The position numbers and the translations under genes were made by a program. Shown here in pieces: positions 1 to 12,857 of a stretch of DNA of 64,000 nt. Numbering within the stretch: position 1 is the stretch's first letter; each line of letters starts with the position of its first letter. The stretch is from the NCBI GenBank assembly GCA_951406725.2, contig OX597815.1, positions 24,428,001 through 24,492,000 of the forward strand, in the 5' to 3' direction. Source of the stretch: Octopus vulgaris (taxonomy: Eukaryota). A model generated the notes under the pieces. That model saw only the letters and a list, made by a program, of their open reading frames with translations, did not search any database and was not told where the DNA came from.

Positions 1-439
1 TCAAACAATGCTAGGGGGACAAACACAGATGAACAAACACACACATACATATATACATATATACGACAGGCTTCTTTCAGTTTCCGTCTACCAAATCCAC
101 TCACAAGGCATTGGTCGGCCCGGGGCTATAGCAGAAGACACTTGCCCAAGATGCCACGCAGTGGGACTGAACCCGGAACCATGTGGTTGGTTAGCAAGCG
201 GCTTACCACACAGCCACTCCTGCGCCTGGTGTATTTTATTATGTTTTTAGTTTTGTTTATACTGTTATCAGTTTATGGGGATCTTCTTCTGTCACATGAA
301 AAAAAAAAAGTTAAGATTAATGTAAAAAATAAATAACGCTGAAGCAAAATTAACACCAAATATATAGTGTGTGTTTTTATTGGCTAAACTGGGAAAATGA
401 CCATTCCTAAATGCAACAACAACATATATATATATATGG

Positions 440-547
440 AGCTCTAAAATGTGCGAGTTAATCGTCCAACCCATGCTAGCATGGACAGTGGATGTTAAAC
501 GATGATGATGATGATGCTGATGATGATATCATCATCAACATCATCGA

Positions 548-585
<38 letters not shown>

Positions 586-602
586 ATGTATATATATATA
601 TT

Positions 603-633
<31 letters not shown>

Positions 634-660
634 ATATATATATATATGTATATATACATG

Positions 661-691
<31 letters not shown>

Positions 692-789
692 ATATACATA
701 CATGTATATATATATATACATATATATATATATACATACATGTATATATATACACATACATGTATATATATACATACATGTATATATAT

Positions 790-831
<42 letters not shown>

Positions 832-999
832 ATATATATACATACATGTATATATATACATACACAATTATATATATATATGTATGTATATATATACATG
901 TATGTATATATATACATGTATGTAGATATATACATGTATGTATATATATATACATGTATATATACATATATATATATATGTATGTATATATATATATAT

Positions 1000-1064
<65 letters not shown>

Positions 1065-1186
1065 TATATATATATATTCGATGATAATGATGATAATGAT
1101 ATCATCATCATCATCAGCATCATCGTTTAACATCCACTGTCCATGCTAGCATGGGTTGGACGATTAACTCGCACATTTTAGAGCTT
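440..1186. repeat. Long inverted repeat enclosing a (TA)n/(TACATG) microsatellite
   Basis: AGCTCTAAAATGTGCGAGTTAATCGTCCAACCCATGCTAGCATGGACAGTGGATGTTAAACGATG at 440 is the reverse complement of about 1120-1186. Confidence 0.92.
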
Positions 1187-1477
1187 CATTATTCAGGAGC
1201 AAAATCCTTTGAACAGGTTCCATTAGATTTTAATTTTGGAATCTGGGCATTAAGATGAATAGTATGAGATAAATATGTCATACAATTGAGTGGGCAAACA
1301 AAAATCTGAGACACTGCCTTGAAGAATTTTTTTATTTAGATAAGCTTGGTACTATCAGTCGCTTTTTGTCAAACCAGTAAGTTATGGGGATGTAAATAAA
1401 CCAACAGCAGTTGTCAAGCAATGATGAGGGAGAAACCCAGAGACAAAGACACATAATACACTTACATATATACATAT

Positions 1478-1861
1478 ACTCTTTTACTTGTTTCAGTCAT
1501 TTGACTGCGGCCATACTGGAGCACCGCCTTTAGTCGAGCAACTCGACCCCAGGACTTATTCTTTTTGTAAGCCCAGTACTTATTTTATCAGTCTCTTTTT
1601 GCCGAACCGCTAAGTGACGGAGGACATAAACACACCAGCATTGGTTGTCAAGCAATGCTAGGGGAACAAACACAGACACACAAACACACACACATACATA
1701 TATATATATACATATATACGACAGGCTTCTTTCAGTTTCCGTCTACCAAATCCACTCACAAGGCATTGGTCGGCCCGGGGCTATGGCAGAAGACACTTGC
1801 CCAAGATGCCACGCAGTGGGACTGAACTCGGAACCATGTGGTTGGTTAGCAAGCTACTTAC
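1478..1861 (-). mobile_element. tRNA-derived SINE, family 1. Further copies at about 1-221, 20247-20645, 32260-32640, 34810-35212, 43022-43424, 46318-46710, 46720-47102, 48265-48652, 49330-49712 (-) and 8897-9270, 34228-34612, 42438-42823, 56756-57130 (+)
   Basis: Family head GTGGCTGTGTGGTAAG...GGTTCAGTCCC has Pol III A/B-box-like motifs; internal (CA)/(TA) tract; conserved tail ...GTCAAATGACTGAAACAAGTAAAAGAG. Confidence 0.85.
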
Positions 1862-2189
1862 ATATACAATTGATTTCTTTCAGTTTCTGTCTATGAAATC
1901 CACTGACAAAGCTTTGGTTGGTCTGAGGCATATATAGCAGAAGACACATGCCAAGTTACCACACTGTGGGACTGAACCCAGGACCATGTGTTTTGGAACC
2001 AAGTTTCTTACCACACAGCCACACCTGCACCCTTATATATGTGTGTGTGTGTGTATGTATGTGTGTATATATATGTATGTATATGTGCATGTATATATAT
2101 ATATCTATCTCTTATGTATAAATGTATGTGCGCATATATATATATATATATAGGTATATGCGCACATATATATATATAAACATATATAT

Positions 2190-2625
2190 ATAGTAAGCAC
2201 ATATACATATATAAAAACACACATAAATACGCACACATAAACAAACACACACACACACATATATATATATATACATACACACACACAAGCACATATATAC
2301 ATACACTCACTTACTCACGCACGCACACACACACACGCGCGCATACACACACATACACATATTGACTCCTGCTAGAAGTCAATTTGTGTATATATATATA
2401 TATGTACATATTACATATACGTATATATATATATATATATATATACATACGTGTGTGTGTTTCTTCAATGCAAGGCCTAAGCACAGACAAATTTGGCATG
2501 AAGGCTTTTCATTGCTCGAGGAATTTTCTAGCAGGATTCAATATGTGTTTGTGTGTGTATGTGCGCGCGCGCGTGTGTGTGCGTGCGTGAGTAAGTGAGT
2601 GTATGTATATATGTTTGTGTGCGTG

Positions 2626-2666
<41 letters not shown>

Positions 2667-2706
2667 TTGTTTATGTGTGTGTTTATATATGTATATATAC
2701 TTACTT
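2190..2706. repeat. Imperfect inverted repeat (about 185 bp arms) 300 bp upstream of the ATG; also at about 32975-33505 and 50040-50570
   Basis: CACTCACTTACTCACGCACGCAC...ATATTGACTCCTGCTAGAA pairs with TTCTAGCAGGATTCAATAT...GTGCGTGCGTGAGTAAGTGAGTG. Confidence 0.85.
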
Positions 2707-3005
2707 ATGTCTGTATATACATGCAACTTTTCTTAGGAATTTGAATTCCAAGAAAAAATTATTTACTAAAGATTTACGTAAACCACGCCTCACGCCTTTG
2801 TATGCTGTTCGTAGAATATGCCTCGAATTCTGAGAAGTCATTATGCCTGTGTTTGTGTGTGTGTGTCAAATATATATATATATATAGCATCTCGTAAGAT
2901 CTACGCACGCAGACACACAAAGCTCCGTAACATCGTTGAGGTACAGTTGTCTCTCCTTGAGATATTAGATAATTGTTTACAAGTTACGATCCGTACAGAA
3001 TCATC

Positions 3006-3086
3006 ATGGCCAAAGAAGCAGAAGAAATTGTTCGGAAGGTTAACGAAATCCTCGGCCCATTTGGTTTTGAGGCGCATCCCTTCAAA
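3006..3086 (+). CDS. MMACHC: MMACHC/CblC homologue copy A, exon 1 (MAKEAEEIVRKVNEILGPFGFEAHPFK)
   Basis: ATG at 3006; 27 codons align to the human MMACHC N-terminus (LCPFGFEVYPFQ); donor GTACGT at 3087, phase 0, same position as human intron 1 (after c.81). Confidence 0.93.
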
Positions 3087-3487
3087 GTACGTGAGTTAAC
3101 AATTATATATATATATTTGATGCAGCACGGGTTTTTTTTTTCAGTGAACAGGTCGCGGATTTTAGCGACGAAAATATTTTGACAAATTAAACTTAAATGT
3201 TGGAGTGAATCGAACGGCTTTTGTGCGTTTCTTAAATGGCTTACAAACACCTTCCACGCTGCAATTGTTTTCGTTCCAGCACACGATCTCAGATCAAATC
3301 ACTTGCTATGCGAGTACATCTCCCTATATATTTGTTTCTTTGTCTTTAGTGACATAGAGTAAACGAATCGAAAACAACGGATGTTTGGGTGATAGCACGT
3401 GCTGGCCATTTTACGCAATTTATTTTGTTGACAGAATTTGCGGTTAATTCTTATTTGCCTTCATATGTCATATGTAAAACTATGGAG

Positions 3488-3568
3488 ATGTGGATCACAC
3501 CTGCTCGTTCGGCCAATGTGGATCACACCTGCTCGTTCGGCCGATGTGGATCACACCTGCTCGTTCGT
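3488..3568 (+). repeat. 28-bp tandem repeat x3 in intron 1 (also 51349-51429)
   Basis: ATGTGGATCACACCTGCTCGTTCGGCCR units at 3488, 3516 and 3544. Confidence 0.92.
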
Positions 3569-4524
3569 ATTGTAAGTCAGCTCTAGTTGGGGGCTGACTT
3601 AAGTTGCTCAATAGTATTTGGTTGTGTCATTCTCTGGGGGCGCATTTTCAAATGGTTTTGTCTCTTACACTCTCCTCTCTTTGTAAATAAGTACTTTACT
3701 GGTGAACTGGGTGTGGTCGCATACTAGAGTGTTTTGTATATTCTACAGACTTTATTTTAACTGATTGTTTAACTACTCGTTAAGGACTGTTTTGAAAATT
3801 GAGTTCTGTTTTATTAGTGTTTATATTTTCGTCTAGAATTATAAATTTGACAGTCTTTCGGCACATCCTTACTGAAATCACTGACCTTGATATATTTAGA
3901 TCCATATATATGTCACTTGAGGCTATCTTTCTATGGTCAGGAAAAGCGGATACTTGTATATTAATAAAAAGGGTGGGAACTCGTTAGAGGTCGGGAAAAT
4001 GTTTAGTGACGTTTCTTCCGGCGCTTTAGGTTCCGAGTTCAAATTCTACTGAGATCTTCGCCTTTGGGAGGCGATGAAGCAAGCATCAGTCAAGTCCTGA
4101 GTTCGATATAATTGACTTAACCGTGCCCTTATTATTGCTGGCCTTGTGTCTAAATTAGAAAGAATTATTTATCAATATCAATGAAATACATATAATTAAC
4201 AAAAATATATTTCATTAGCGACATACCTACACAATTGTGCCCCACCGACTTTATCTCCTCATAACTTCCAGAAAATTGGATATTTTTAATGAAATTGTCA
4301 ACAAATACGCTTTAGATGGTGTTGATTCTGATTATATCAGAAATTGTTGTGAAAAACAAAAAAAAACAGAACAATTCCCGACGGTGGGGAGAAGAGTTTC
4401 GGTAAATTCACACGAGTCAGTTTTGTTTCCTCATAACTTTAAGAAAAACATATTTTTTAATGAAATTTTGTACAAGCATCTTTCAGAGTAAATTACCATT
4501 ATATCCGGATATGATATAATGGCT

Positions 4525-5153
4525 CCTTTGTGAGCCGCTCTCCGGCTATCTATCTGCGGCTTTATATAGCTATGGTACAACCTCACCTGGAATTTGCATC
4601 ACCGGTCTGGAACCCCTATCTTGCCCAGGATATTAATCGTCTGGAAGCCGTTCAGCGACGTGCAATCAAAAGAATACCCTCCATCAGGCATTTGCCATAT
4701 TCTGAACGCCTTACTTCCCTGGGCCTGGACACATTGAAACTCCGACGTCTGGCAGCTGACTTGGCAGACACCCATGAAATTATTAACCATCTTACTAACA
4801 ATAATTCTGAGCACCTTTTCAAACTCCACCTGTGTAACATCCCTGGACATGTTTACAAAGTCAGAAAACAACACAGCTCTCATGACTTTCGGAAACATTT
4901 TTTCACGCTTAGAGTTGCTGAAGCATGGAACAAACTGCCGGCATCGGTTGTCGGAGCACTGCATCCTTCAAAACTTCCATGCTACCTGAGATTCGCCAAC
5001 ACTACACCTGATTTTCTCCACTCCATACACACGCAAGCATGTATATGACTGATACACTGTTCACTTTCCAGACATTTGTACATTACTGCATATGCTTTAT
5101 ACGCACTTTTGACAATTTGTGGTGCACCTGAGCACTGTATACAATAATTTCAT
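4525..5153 (+). mobile_element. CR1-type LINE, 5'-truncated 3' end (also 52386-53014)
   Basis: Translation LYIAMVQPHLEFASPVWNPY..DINRLEAVQRRA..LPYSERL..RKHFFTLRVAEAWNKLP is typical of the CR1 ORF2 C-terminus, followed by a 3' UTR. Confidence 0.9.
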
Positions 5154-5391
5154 TATATATATATATATGATGTGAAAAGAAAAACGGTGAGCACGCACAC
5201 ACATACACATTTTTTTTTTTCGGAATTCTAAGTTTCACTTTATAAATCTATGTGATTGTGTGTCAGTATGTATGTGTGAGAGCCCACTATCTTTTCGGTC
5301 TTTATTATCCGATATAAACGTAATCTACACATTCTGAAAGATGTTTGTTGAAAATTTCATCAAAACTAATGTAGTTTTCTGAAAGTTATAT

Positions 5392-5839
5392 TGGCGATCT
5401 TTCGTCTCTAGTAGACCTTTCCGTCGATTTCCGTAAAAAATTATTTTTTTTTACATATGGGCTTGCGGGAACTTTTGAAGTAATGAGAGCGAAAGAGACT
5501 AAGAGAAAGCGATTGTATGACGAGGGAAGTTCTCAGTTATCTCTCTCTTTCACACATTACTCTCTCTGTCTCTTCACACACACTAACAGAAGCACTTCAC
5601 TTATACAACATACTGTCTGTCTCCCACACCCCATCAAACACACACACACACACACACACATGTACATCAATGCTTCCCCTGGACGGTAACTTCAAAAGAA
5701 CTTCCCTCGTCATAAAATGGCTTTCTCTTAGTCTCTTTCGCTCTCATTACTTCAAAAGTTCCCGCAAGCCCATATGTAAAAAAAAGAAATTTTTTTACGG
5801 AAATCGACGGAAAGGTCTACTAGAGACGAAAGATCGCCA
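5392..5839. repeat. Near-perfect 142-bp inverted repeat with 163-bp loop, intron 1 (also 53250-53697)
   Basis: 5392-5533 is the reverse complement of 5697-5839 with only a few mismatches. Confidence 0.95.
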
Positions 5840-6015
5840 TAGGCGGTACTTTGTAGGTATGCCTCTTTAGTTCGGTAAAGGAGATTTTATGAGGTTCCCG
5901 TCTTTTTCAACTGAATTATGTACGAAAGAGAAAATGTTTTTTTTTTCCTTTTTTTTTCTTTTTATCAGTAATCGAAGTTTGATTTCGGAATCCAAATACA
6001 TAAACAGTTGTAAAC

Positions 6016-6396
6016 TTTATATATAAAAGTGAAGTTGTGTGTCTGTCTCCTACGATTTAGATTCCTAACTACTCCCACATTTTGCGGTGCAGTTTAACCA
6101 AAACCGGGTATCTTATAGTCGTGATTCATATCGAGCCCTTCTGGGTATTAGCGCGCGTCTACGATGAGTCTACGATTTTAAAAAAATTTACCATCATTTT
6201 TTCCATTTTAATGCATTTTTGGCATATATAAGGGAAGTAACTCTCTAAAAATGTCTACGATGAGTCAACGATTTAAAAAAAAATTTACCATAATTTTTTT
6301 CCCATTTTTAATGCATTTTTTTGGCTATAACTCTCTAAAAATGCTTATATAGTTATTTCCCTTACAAGCCCGAGCAACGCCGGGCGATACTGCTAG
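6016..6396 (+). mobile_element. Non-autonomous Helitron-like element (also 53875-54255)
   Basis: 5' TATATATAAAAGTGAAGTTGTGTGTCTGTC; 3' GC hairpin GCCCG-N8-CGGGC, then CTAG followed by T; no TSD. Confidence 0.7.
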
Positions 6397-6844
6397 TTTT
6401 TTTATAACACTTAACCATCATACTACCATCTTCTATGCAGACCCGGATATGAAGAAACTAAATAGTACGAGCTGATGAAAACAAGATCCCGCAAGAAGTG
6501 TTGTGTTCCGAAACAGATAAATCGGCACTCTTTCGTTTTAACCGGCTGTGACGCAGTGTCGTTTGACATCTTGCCCATTTCAACGTTTTTATCAGCAGCT
6601 GTTATTATTGTTGGTTCCCCGAGCCAACATTGATCAAATACACTCCAGCTGTGATATTGATTTTTTAATTTTTATATAGGACAATATTATTAGCCAACGT
6701 TTCCTTTCTTTAAAAGTGATGAGAATGGGATACGAGCGACATTTGGCTGCTGTTTCTAATGTCTATGTAGAGACTTCATTGTTTCCACAGATCATCTCTG
6801 ATCAAACAGATCTGTAACCACCCTGTCCTTTCTGCTTCCCTTAT

Positions 6845-7211
<367 letters not shown>

Positions 7212-7898
7212 CATGGTGTAAGCAGAGGGCTCCACCATAATCTGGTTGATATTTTTGATTTTTTTTAAAAATACCTTTATTTTAGGATGGGATATTGTAT
7301 TTTCTTTTTTATGTAAACTATCAAATTTAGCCTTAACACCCAGTAGGTCTTGAATACTTAAACTCATCTTTTCTTTTCGTTTTTCCGAGGAAAATAAATC
7401 AGTTGTACCAATCTATCTCTTCTTTTTAGAGTTGGTGTAGTAATATTTGGATTTATGTAACAACAATGTTGTTTGAAGATTGATTTAAAAAATGATTTTG
7501 TAAATAACTTGACACTCTGAAAAAGGCTAATTGAATGCCAAATGTATTGGCATTCACAAGTTTCACTTCTAAGCAGGTAAAAGAAAATAAACCCCAAGAA
7601 ACTATAAAAATCCATGGAAAAATATAAAAGATTGAATTAACCTGTAAGGCTCAGTTGTTAGTGTACACAAATTCTGTTGTAATATCCAGCAGTCATGATT
7701 AGAATAAGTTTTGCTGACGAGGTATTATTAGACCGACTGAAAATTTACCTAAGTTGTCACAGTAACCCTGAAGATCACACTCACCTGCACTGCATTCCAT
7801 ATTTAATTAACTGTAACTAATTAAAAAAATTTCAAGGTGTCATCACTGCCATTTGTTTTTTACCCCAAGTAACTATTTATAAAATTAAAATGATTACC

Positions 7899-8290
7899 AG
7901 GCCCTGGCGTCCAATGGGTTTAAGGACTGCATCTCCTAAATGTTGGGCCCTAGCACCTGCAAAAGGAAGCACCAGTGGAACATCATTTGGTTTACCCCCA
8001 CCTTTCTCACTCAGTGTTAAAACTTGTGTGGGAAAGTCCTGGCATCCAGTGGGTTTAAGGACTGCATCTCCTATATGTTGGGACCTAGCACCTGCTAAAG
8101 GAAGCGCCAGTAGAACATCATTTGGTTTGCCCCACCTTTCTCACTCAGTGTTAAAACTTGTGTGGGAAGGCCCTGGCATCCAATGGGTTTAAGGACTGCA
8201 TCTCTTATATGTTGGGACCTAGCACCTGCAAAAGGAAGCGCCAGTGGAACATCATTTGGTTTGCCCCACCTTTCTCACTTGTGTGGGAAG
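7899..8290 (+). repeat. About 135-bp tandem repeat x3 (also 55758-56149)
   Basis: TAAGGACTGCATCTC recurs at 7921, 8056 and 8190. Confidence 0.92.
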
Positions 8291-8551
8291 AATATTCCTT
8301 AGGTTAGCAGACAAGCACTGTATGCAGACACATGGGTACAGACACTTGTTCAATAGGCACAACCTAAGGGTCCCCTTAAGTTGCACTCCCAACATAAAAT
8401 GAGTACTGGTAAGCAGTCATGGAAAGCGAGCAGAGGCTGGTTGCTCATGCAGTGGGTACAACGACTGCCCAGTGATGCAAAACTATTGGTCACTCTATGA
8501 CTAGACATATATTTAACTTCATGTAAATACTTTACTGCTCTAACTTTAGAG

Positions 8552-8752
8552 CAGTGGTTTTCAACCAGAGTTCCGTCAGTACAGTCCAGGGGTTCCGCAA
8601 GAAATTACAAAAATGCTAAAATCGACAGTAATTTTTAATTCTCCTGTGCAGATATGTGTGCATAAGACAATTAAATTATTGCACAGGGGTTCCTCGAGCC
8701 AGTGGAATGTTTCCTTGGGGTTCCGCTCCAGCAAAAAGTTTGAAAAGCACTG
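8552..8752. mobile_element. hAT (Charlie-like) MITE (also 56411-56611)
   Basis: TIRs CAGTGGTTTTCAACC / GTTTGAAAAGCACTG; perfect 8-bp TSD CTTTAGAG at 8544-8551 and 8753-8760. Confidence 0.92.
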
Positions 8753-8799
8753 CTTTAGAGTGTGCTTCTGTTTTGGATATATGATCCACTGACAATATA

Positions 8800-10890
8800 C
8801 AGGGTCATCAAAAAAGGTTTCTGTGATTTCAGAATGAAATAATTAACTTTGTATTAAAGGCATACTATTTATTTATACACCAAAACACAGAAAATCTGGC
8901 TGTGTGGCAAGTAGCTTGCTTACCAACTACATGGTTCCGGGTTCAATCACACTGCGTGGCACCTTGGGCAAGTGTTTTTAACTATAGCCTTGGGCTGACC
9001 AAAGCTTTGTGAGTGGATTTGGTAGACGGAAACTGAAAGAAGCCCGTCGTATATGTGTGTGTGTCTGTGTTTGTCCCCCCTCAGCATTGCTTGACAACCG
9101 ATGTTCGTGTGTTCACGTCCCCGTAACTTAGCGGCTTGGCAAAAGAGACCGATAGAATAAGTACTAGGCTTACAAAGAATAAGTACTGGGGTCGAATTGT
9201 TCAACTAAAGGCGGTGCTCCAGCATGGCTGCAGTCAAATAACTGAAACAAATAAAAGAATAAAAGAAAAAAGAACATTATTTAGTAGGTTTCGATATGAG
9301 CTCACTTTGTTGCCCAGCAAACATCTAAGGAATACTCGACCTCCCTCTAGGTGTGCTGAATCATATCAGGATTCACAGTTGCTATCGCCACATGGATTCT
9401 CTCTCTTAAATGTTGCCGATCCCAGATTTTTTCTGTATTATCTTCAGATAACCCCAAAGAAAAAGTCCATAGGAATTAGATCAGGGCTTTTAGGTGGCCC
9501 CAAAACAGGACCATTCCTTCCAATCCAATGGCCAGGGAATCTGTTGTTGAGAGCTTAAATTGTCACGCATTATTGCTGCAGTGAGCCAGCTGGAAAATTA
9601 CACTTACTCCTTTCTCTCTTCAATGTTTGCAATTTGACAGAACACATAAATTTCCAACATGTCCAAGTAACTAGCGCCCATAATCATGTTTTCTGCAAAC
9701 ATGAAAGAGCCGACAGCATGATCATGCAACAGTCCACACCACACATTAACCCTGGGTGAATCATGGACGTACTGGCAAACTTTATTGGGTTGCTGAGCTC
9801 CCCATATCCGACTGTTATGTCAGTTAACAATCATTTATGTGGAATGTTGCTTCATCACTAAATAAAATTCTGTTAAGATAACTATCAGTGTCATGAATTT
9901 CTCTCGGCATCATTACAGCAAATTCATTTCATTTAGGCCTATCTCTCTCCTTAATTTTATGCTTCATTTGAATTTTGTAAGCATGCAGTCTTAGGCGTTT
10001 ATGCAGCACATTTTGAATTGTTGTTTTAGGCATACGAATTTCCAAACTATGTCAAGCAATGGACTTCTTAGGACTACACAAGCATGACAGTCTCAGACGC
10101 TCCACATTCTCTTTCGATGTGTGTGGCCAGCCTGGAGGTTTCATAATGTTTACATTCCCAGTTTCTTTAAACTGGTTAAACCAATGAACAATGGTTTTGT
10201 AGCAATATTGCTTTCTTCATTGCTATCTTCACTGTTTGAGAAAAATATTAAGAATGATCTCGTTTGAGATTACAAACATCTTTGGCTAGTTTAACCTTGT
10301 TGTGTCCACTGATCTGATTGGTTAGCATCTAAGCGTGGTCTGTCTCTCTACTTATAACGCAAATATTATAAGCATGCATTCATGACACAACACTACGCTA
10401 ATAATAACAAATCACTTTGTACACTGTGAATAAAATCTATCTTCTCTTTATAAAAGTAGAACGGTTTTTGGCGTCCTTGATTCATTTACTTTGGCACTGT
10501 ATATAAAACATGTATTATGGCCAATATAACATTATGTTATGTTATGTTATGTTGGGACGCGGCCGTGCACTGAACAAGAGGAGCAATATGTCACCAAACA
10601 TCTCACATACAGTCGTATACCAACATAGTTTTGTTTGTAGGTGGATCTTGTCCATAAGTATGGCGAAAATGCCGCTGCACTAAAACAACTCACTTAAACT
10701 CAGTGTACCACAACACACACTGTGCTTTCTGCTATACAGCCGCCATGTTTGGTGTGAAGTAATTGGCCAGTGGCAAATATTAAATCTCCTACAGTTGTTA
10801 TTCAGTCCCACGTTGATTTCATGCACATCGCTTGCTTATAGCTAGTGCAATTGACAACTAAAACCACAGAAACCTTTTTCGATGACTCTG
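8800..10890 (-). mobile_element. Decayed Tc1/mariner-superfamily transposon with a nested SINE (also 56659-58749)
   Basis: About 30-bp TIRs CAGGGTCATCAAAAAAGGTTTCTGTGATTT / AAACCACAGAAACCTTTTTCGATGACTCTG; TA on the left; broken minus-strand transposase motifs ILFSDEATF, SPRVNVWCG, SPDLIPMDFFF.GYLK. Confidence 0.88.
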
Positions 10891-11444
10891 TGTGTGTGTG
10901 TGTGTAGGTATTTATATATGTACATATACATGCACACATACATATATTCAATAAATTATTGAGTACTTATATTTTCATCATGTAATTTTACAATGAAACC
11001 TATTGAATGTTATTTGATTTTGCAGCATGTTTTATTGCTATGGAACTTTCTCTTGCACCTTCTTCCCTTAAAACTTTTATTTTGTCCTTTTTTTTTTAAA
11101 CTAGTATAATATTTTAATAAATTTCAAGATTTAAAAAAAAAAAGTGTAATCTGTTTTAACAACTGGATGCATTTTCACCCTCCGAACCAATTCTCAGATA
11201 TATTTGTGTGTATGTATTTGTTTGTGTTGTTTGCTTGTGTATCAACACTTTTTTTAGTCAGTAGTTGTGCTTGTCTGTTCCAACAGCTCAACAGCAGTTC
11301 CAATATGCAAAGACCAGTGGAAATGAAGTGTCTTACTTGAAAACAGCAAGGGTTGGTGTCAGTAAGAGCACCCAACCATTGAATACTGCCACAATTACAA
11401 CACATCCAATAAGTGCCAGCATGGAAAAAGTAAACCTAAAAACT

Positions 11445-11780
11445 ATCTGGCACCTGTGTCCGTGGCACATAAAAAAAAAAAACACCATCCGAGCGTGGCC
11501 GTTGGCCAGCCTCGTCTGGCACCTGTGTCCGTGGCACATAAAAAAAAAAAAACACCATCCGAGCGTGGCCGTTCGCCAGCCTCGTCTGGCACCTGTGTTG
11601 GTGGCACATAAAAAGCACCCACTACACTCACGGAGTGGTTGGCGTTAGGAAGGAGGGCATCCAGCTGTAGAAACACTGCCAGATCTGACTGGCCTGGTGC
11701 AGCCTTCGGGCTTCCCAGACCCCAGTTGAACCATCCAACCCATGCTAGCATGGAAAGCGGACGTTAAACGATGATGATGA
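11445..11780 (+). mobile_element. RTE 3'-UTR-derived short element ending in (TGA)n. Further copies at about 14088-14233, 14885-15222, 18181-18512, 21988-22133, 33711-34075, 35865-36441, 41705-42285, 44078-44463, 59305-59634 (+) and 13845-14003, 17237-17472, 47660-47885 (-)
   Basis: Variable number of about 60-bp GGTGGCACRTAAAAAGCACC units plus a conserved GGAGTGGTTGGCGTTAGGAAGGGCATCCAGC...CATGCTAGCATG tail; the same sequence is the 3' UTR of the RTE at 22294-23575. Confidence 0.85.
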
Positions 11781-11828
11781 ATGTATATATTTACTGACTT
11801 TTGTTTTTAATTATTCTTTCTCTTGCAG

Positions 11829-12029
11829 GTAAAATGGTACAATGAACTTGTTGGACCAAACTATCAACTTGAATACCATGATGATACTTTCGCATTAATT
11901 ACCATCAGTACTCCTCAAATGTTTGAAAAAGCATTCAAACCATTCATTTATAATATCTATAAAAAAGGTGATTTAGCTCCTATTGATCATTGTGTTAAGT
12001 ATTATACGGAGAAAATACAAATACAAACG
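11829..12029 (+). CDS. MMACHC: MMACHC homologue copy A, exon 2 (VKWYNELV...STPQMFEKAFKPF...PIDHCVKYYTEKIQIQT)
   Basis: Pyrimidine tract plus TTGCAG acceptor, GTAAGT donor at 12030; matches human VAWYNELL / STPAMFDRALKPF / PVDQCV; 201 nt, phase 0. Confidence 0.95.
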
Positions 12030-12378
12030 GTAAGTTTCGTATTGTAACATTCATTGTAGTGGTGAACAATTCTTGCATAAAGTTTGTCAGAAAATTGGGT
12101 CATGCAGTTTAATATGATGGGTTGTAGTTATACTCATGGTTGAGAAAGGGTTCCTCCATAGGATCCCTATAGTAAAATCATGAGCACGCACACGCCCATG
12201 CACACACCCACACACACACACACATACACACACACACACACACACACATACACATTTTTTTCGGAATTTTAAGTTTCACTCTATAAATCTATGTGATTGT
12301 GTGTCAGTATGTATGTGTGAGAGCCCACTATCTTTTCGGTCTTTTTTTTTTTTTTCATATTAAAATCCGATATAAACG

Positions 12379-12705
12379 TGGGAAGCTTGGAGATCATGGA
12401 GTCTCTCCAGGTCAAGCCACTATTTTTCTGCATTGAGAGGTCACAGCTCCAGTACTATGGACGTGTGATTAGAGCTTTGCAAAAAAGGATCACCAGACAG
12501 TCTTCAAGCTGAGCCAACCAGCAGGAGGTCTAGGGGTTGACCAAGAACAAGATGGTTGGGCAATATTCAGGGTTGGTCACACTTGGGAATCCAACAGGAT
12601 ACTGCAATGACAATTGATTCTGATAGGACCCTATTGAGGAGATAACTGAAAACTCTACCCTAATGACCCTTTTAGGAATAGTTGGTGGAAAAGATAAATG
12701 GATGA
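12379..12705 (+). mobile_element. Degenerate RTE LINE 3' fragment in intron 2 (also about 60227-60553)
   Basis: Broken translation IERSQLQYYGRVIR...RRSRG*PRTRW resembles the RTE ORF C-terminus. Confidence 0.65.
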
Positions 12706-12857
12706 GTTGTAGCACAGCACAGTGTTGTGATGAAGGAGAGAAAGAAATATTGTAAATCAAAAGAATAGTGTTAGTATAAAATGTTATGGTTGAATGGAAT
12801 GATAAGTGGTATATAAAATAATAATGTAATATATAATATATAATGTAATAATGTAAT

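Noticed and set aside
492-1149. Poly-YI/IYM ORFs here and at 22.1, 23.6, 33, 47 and 50 kb
   Set aside because: Translations of (TA)n/(CA)n microsatellites.
2973-3005. Upstream TTG start extending exon 1
   Set aside because: The ATG at 3006 gives the same 27-codon exon as human, and the extension shows no similarity.
6465-6530. CTGATGA...CGAAAC hammerhead-like spacing
   Set aside because: No convincing stem I or stem III, and a weak stem II.
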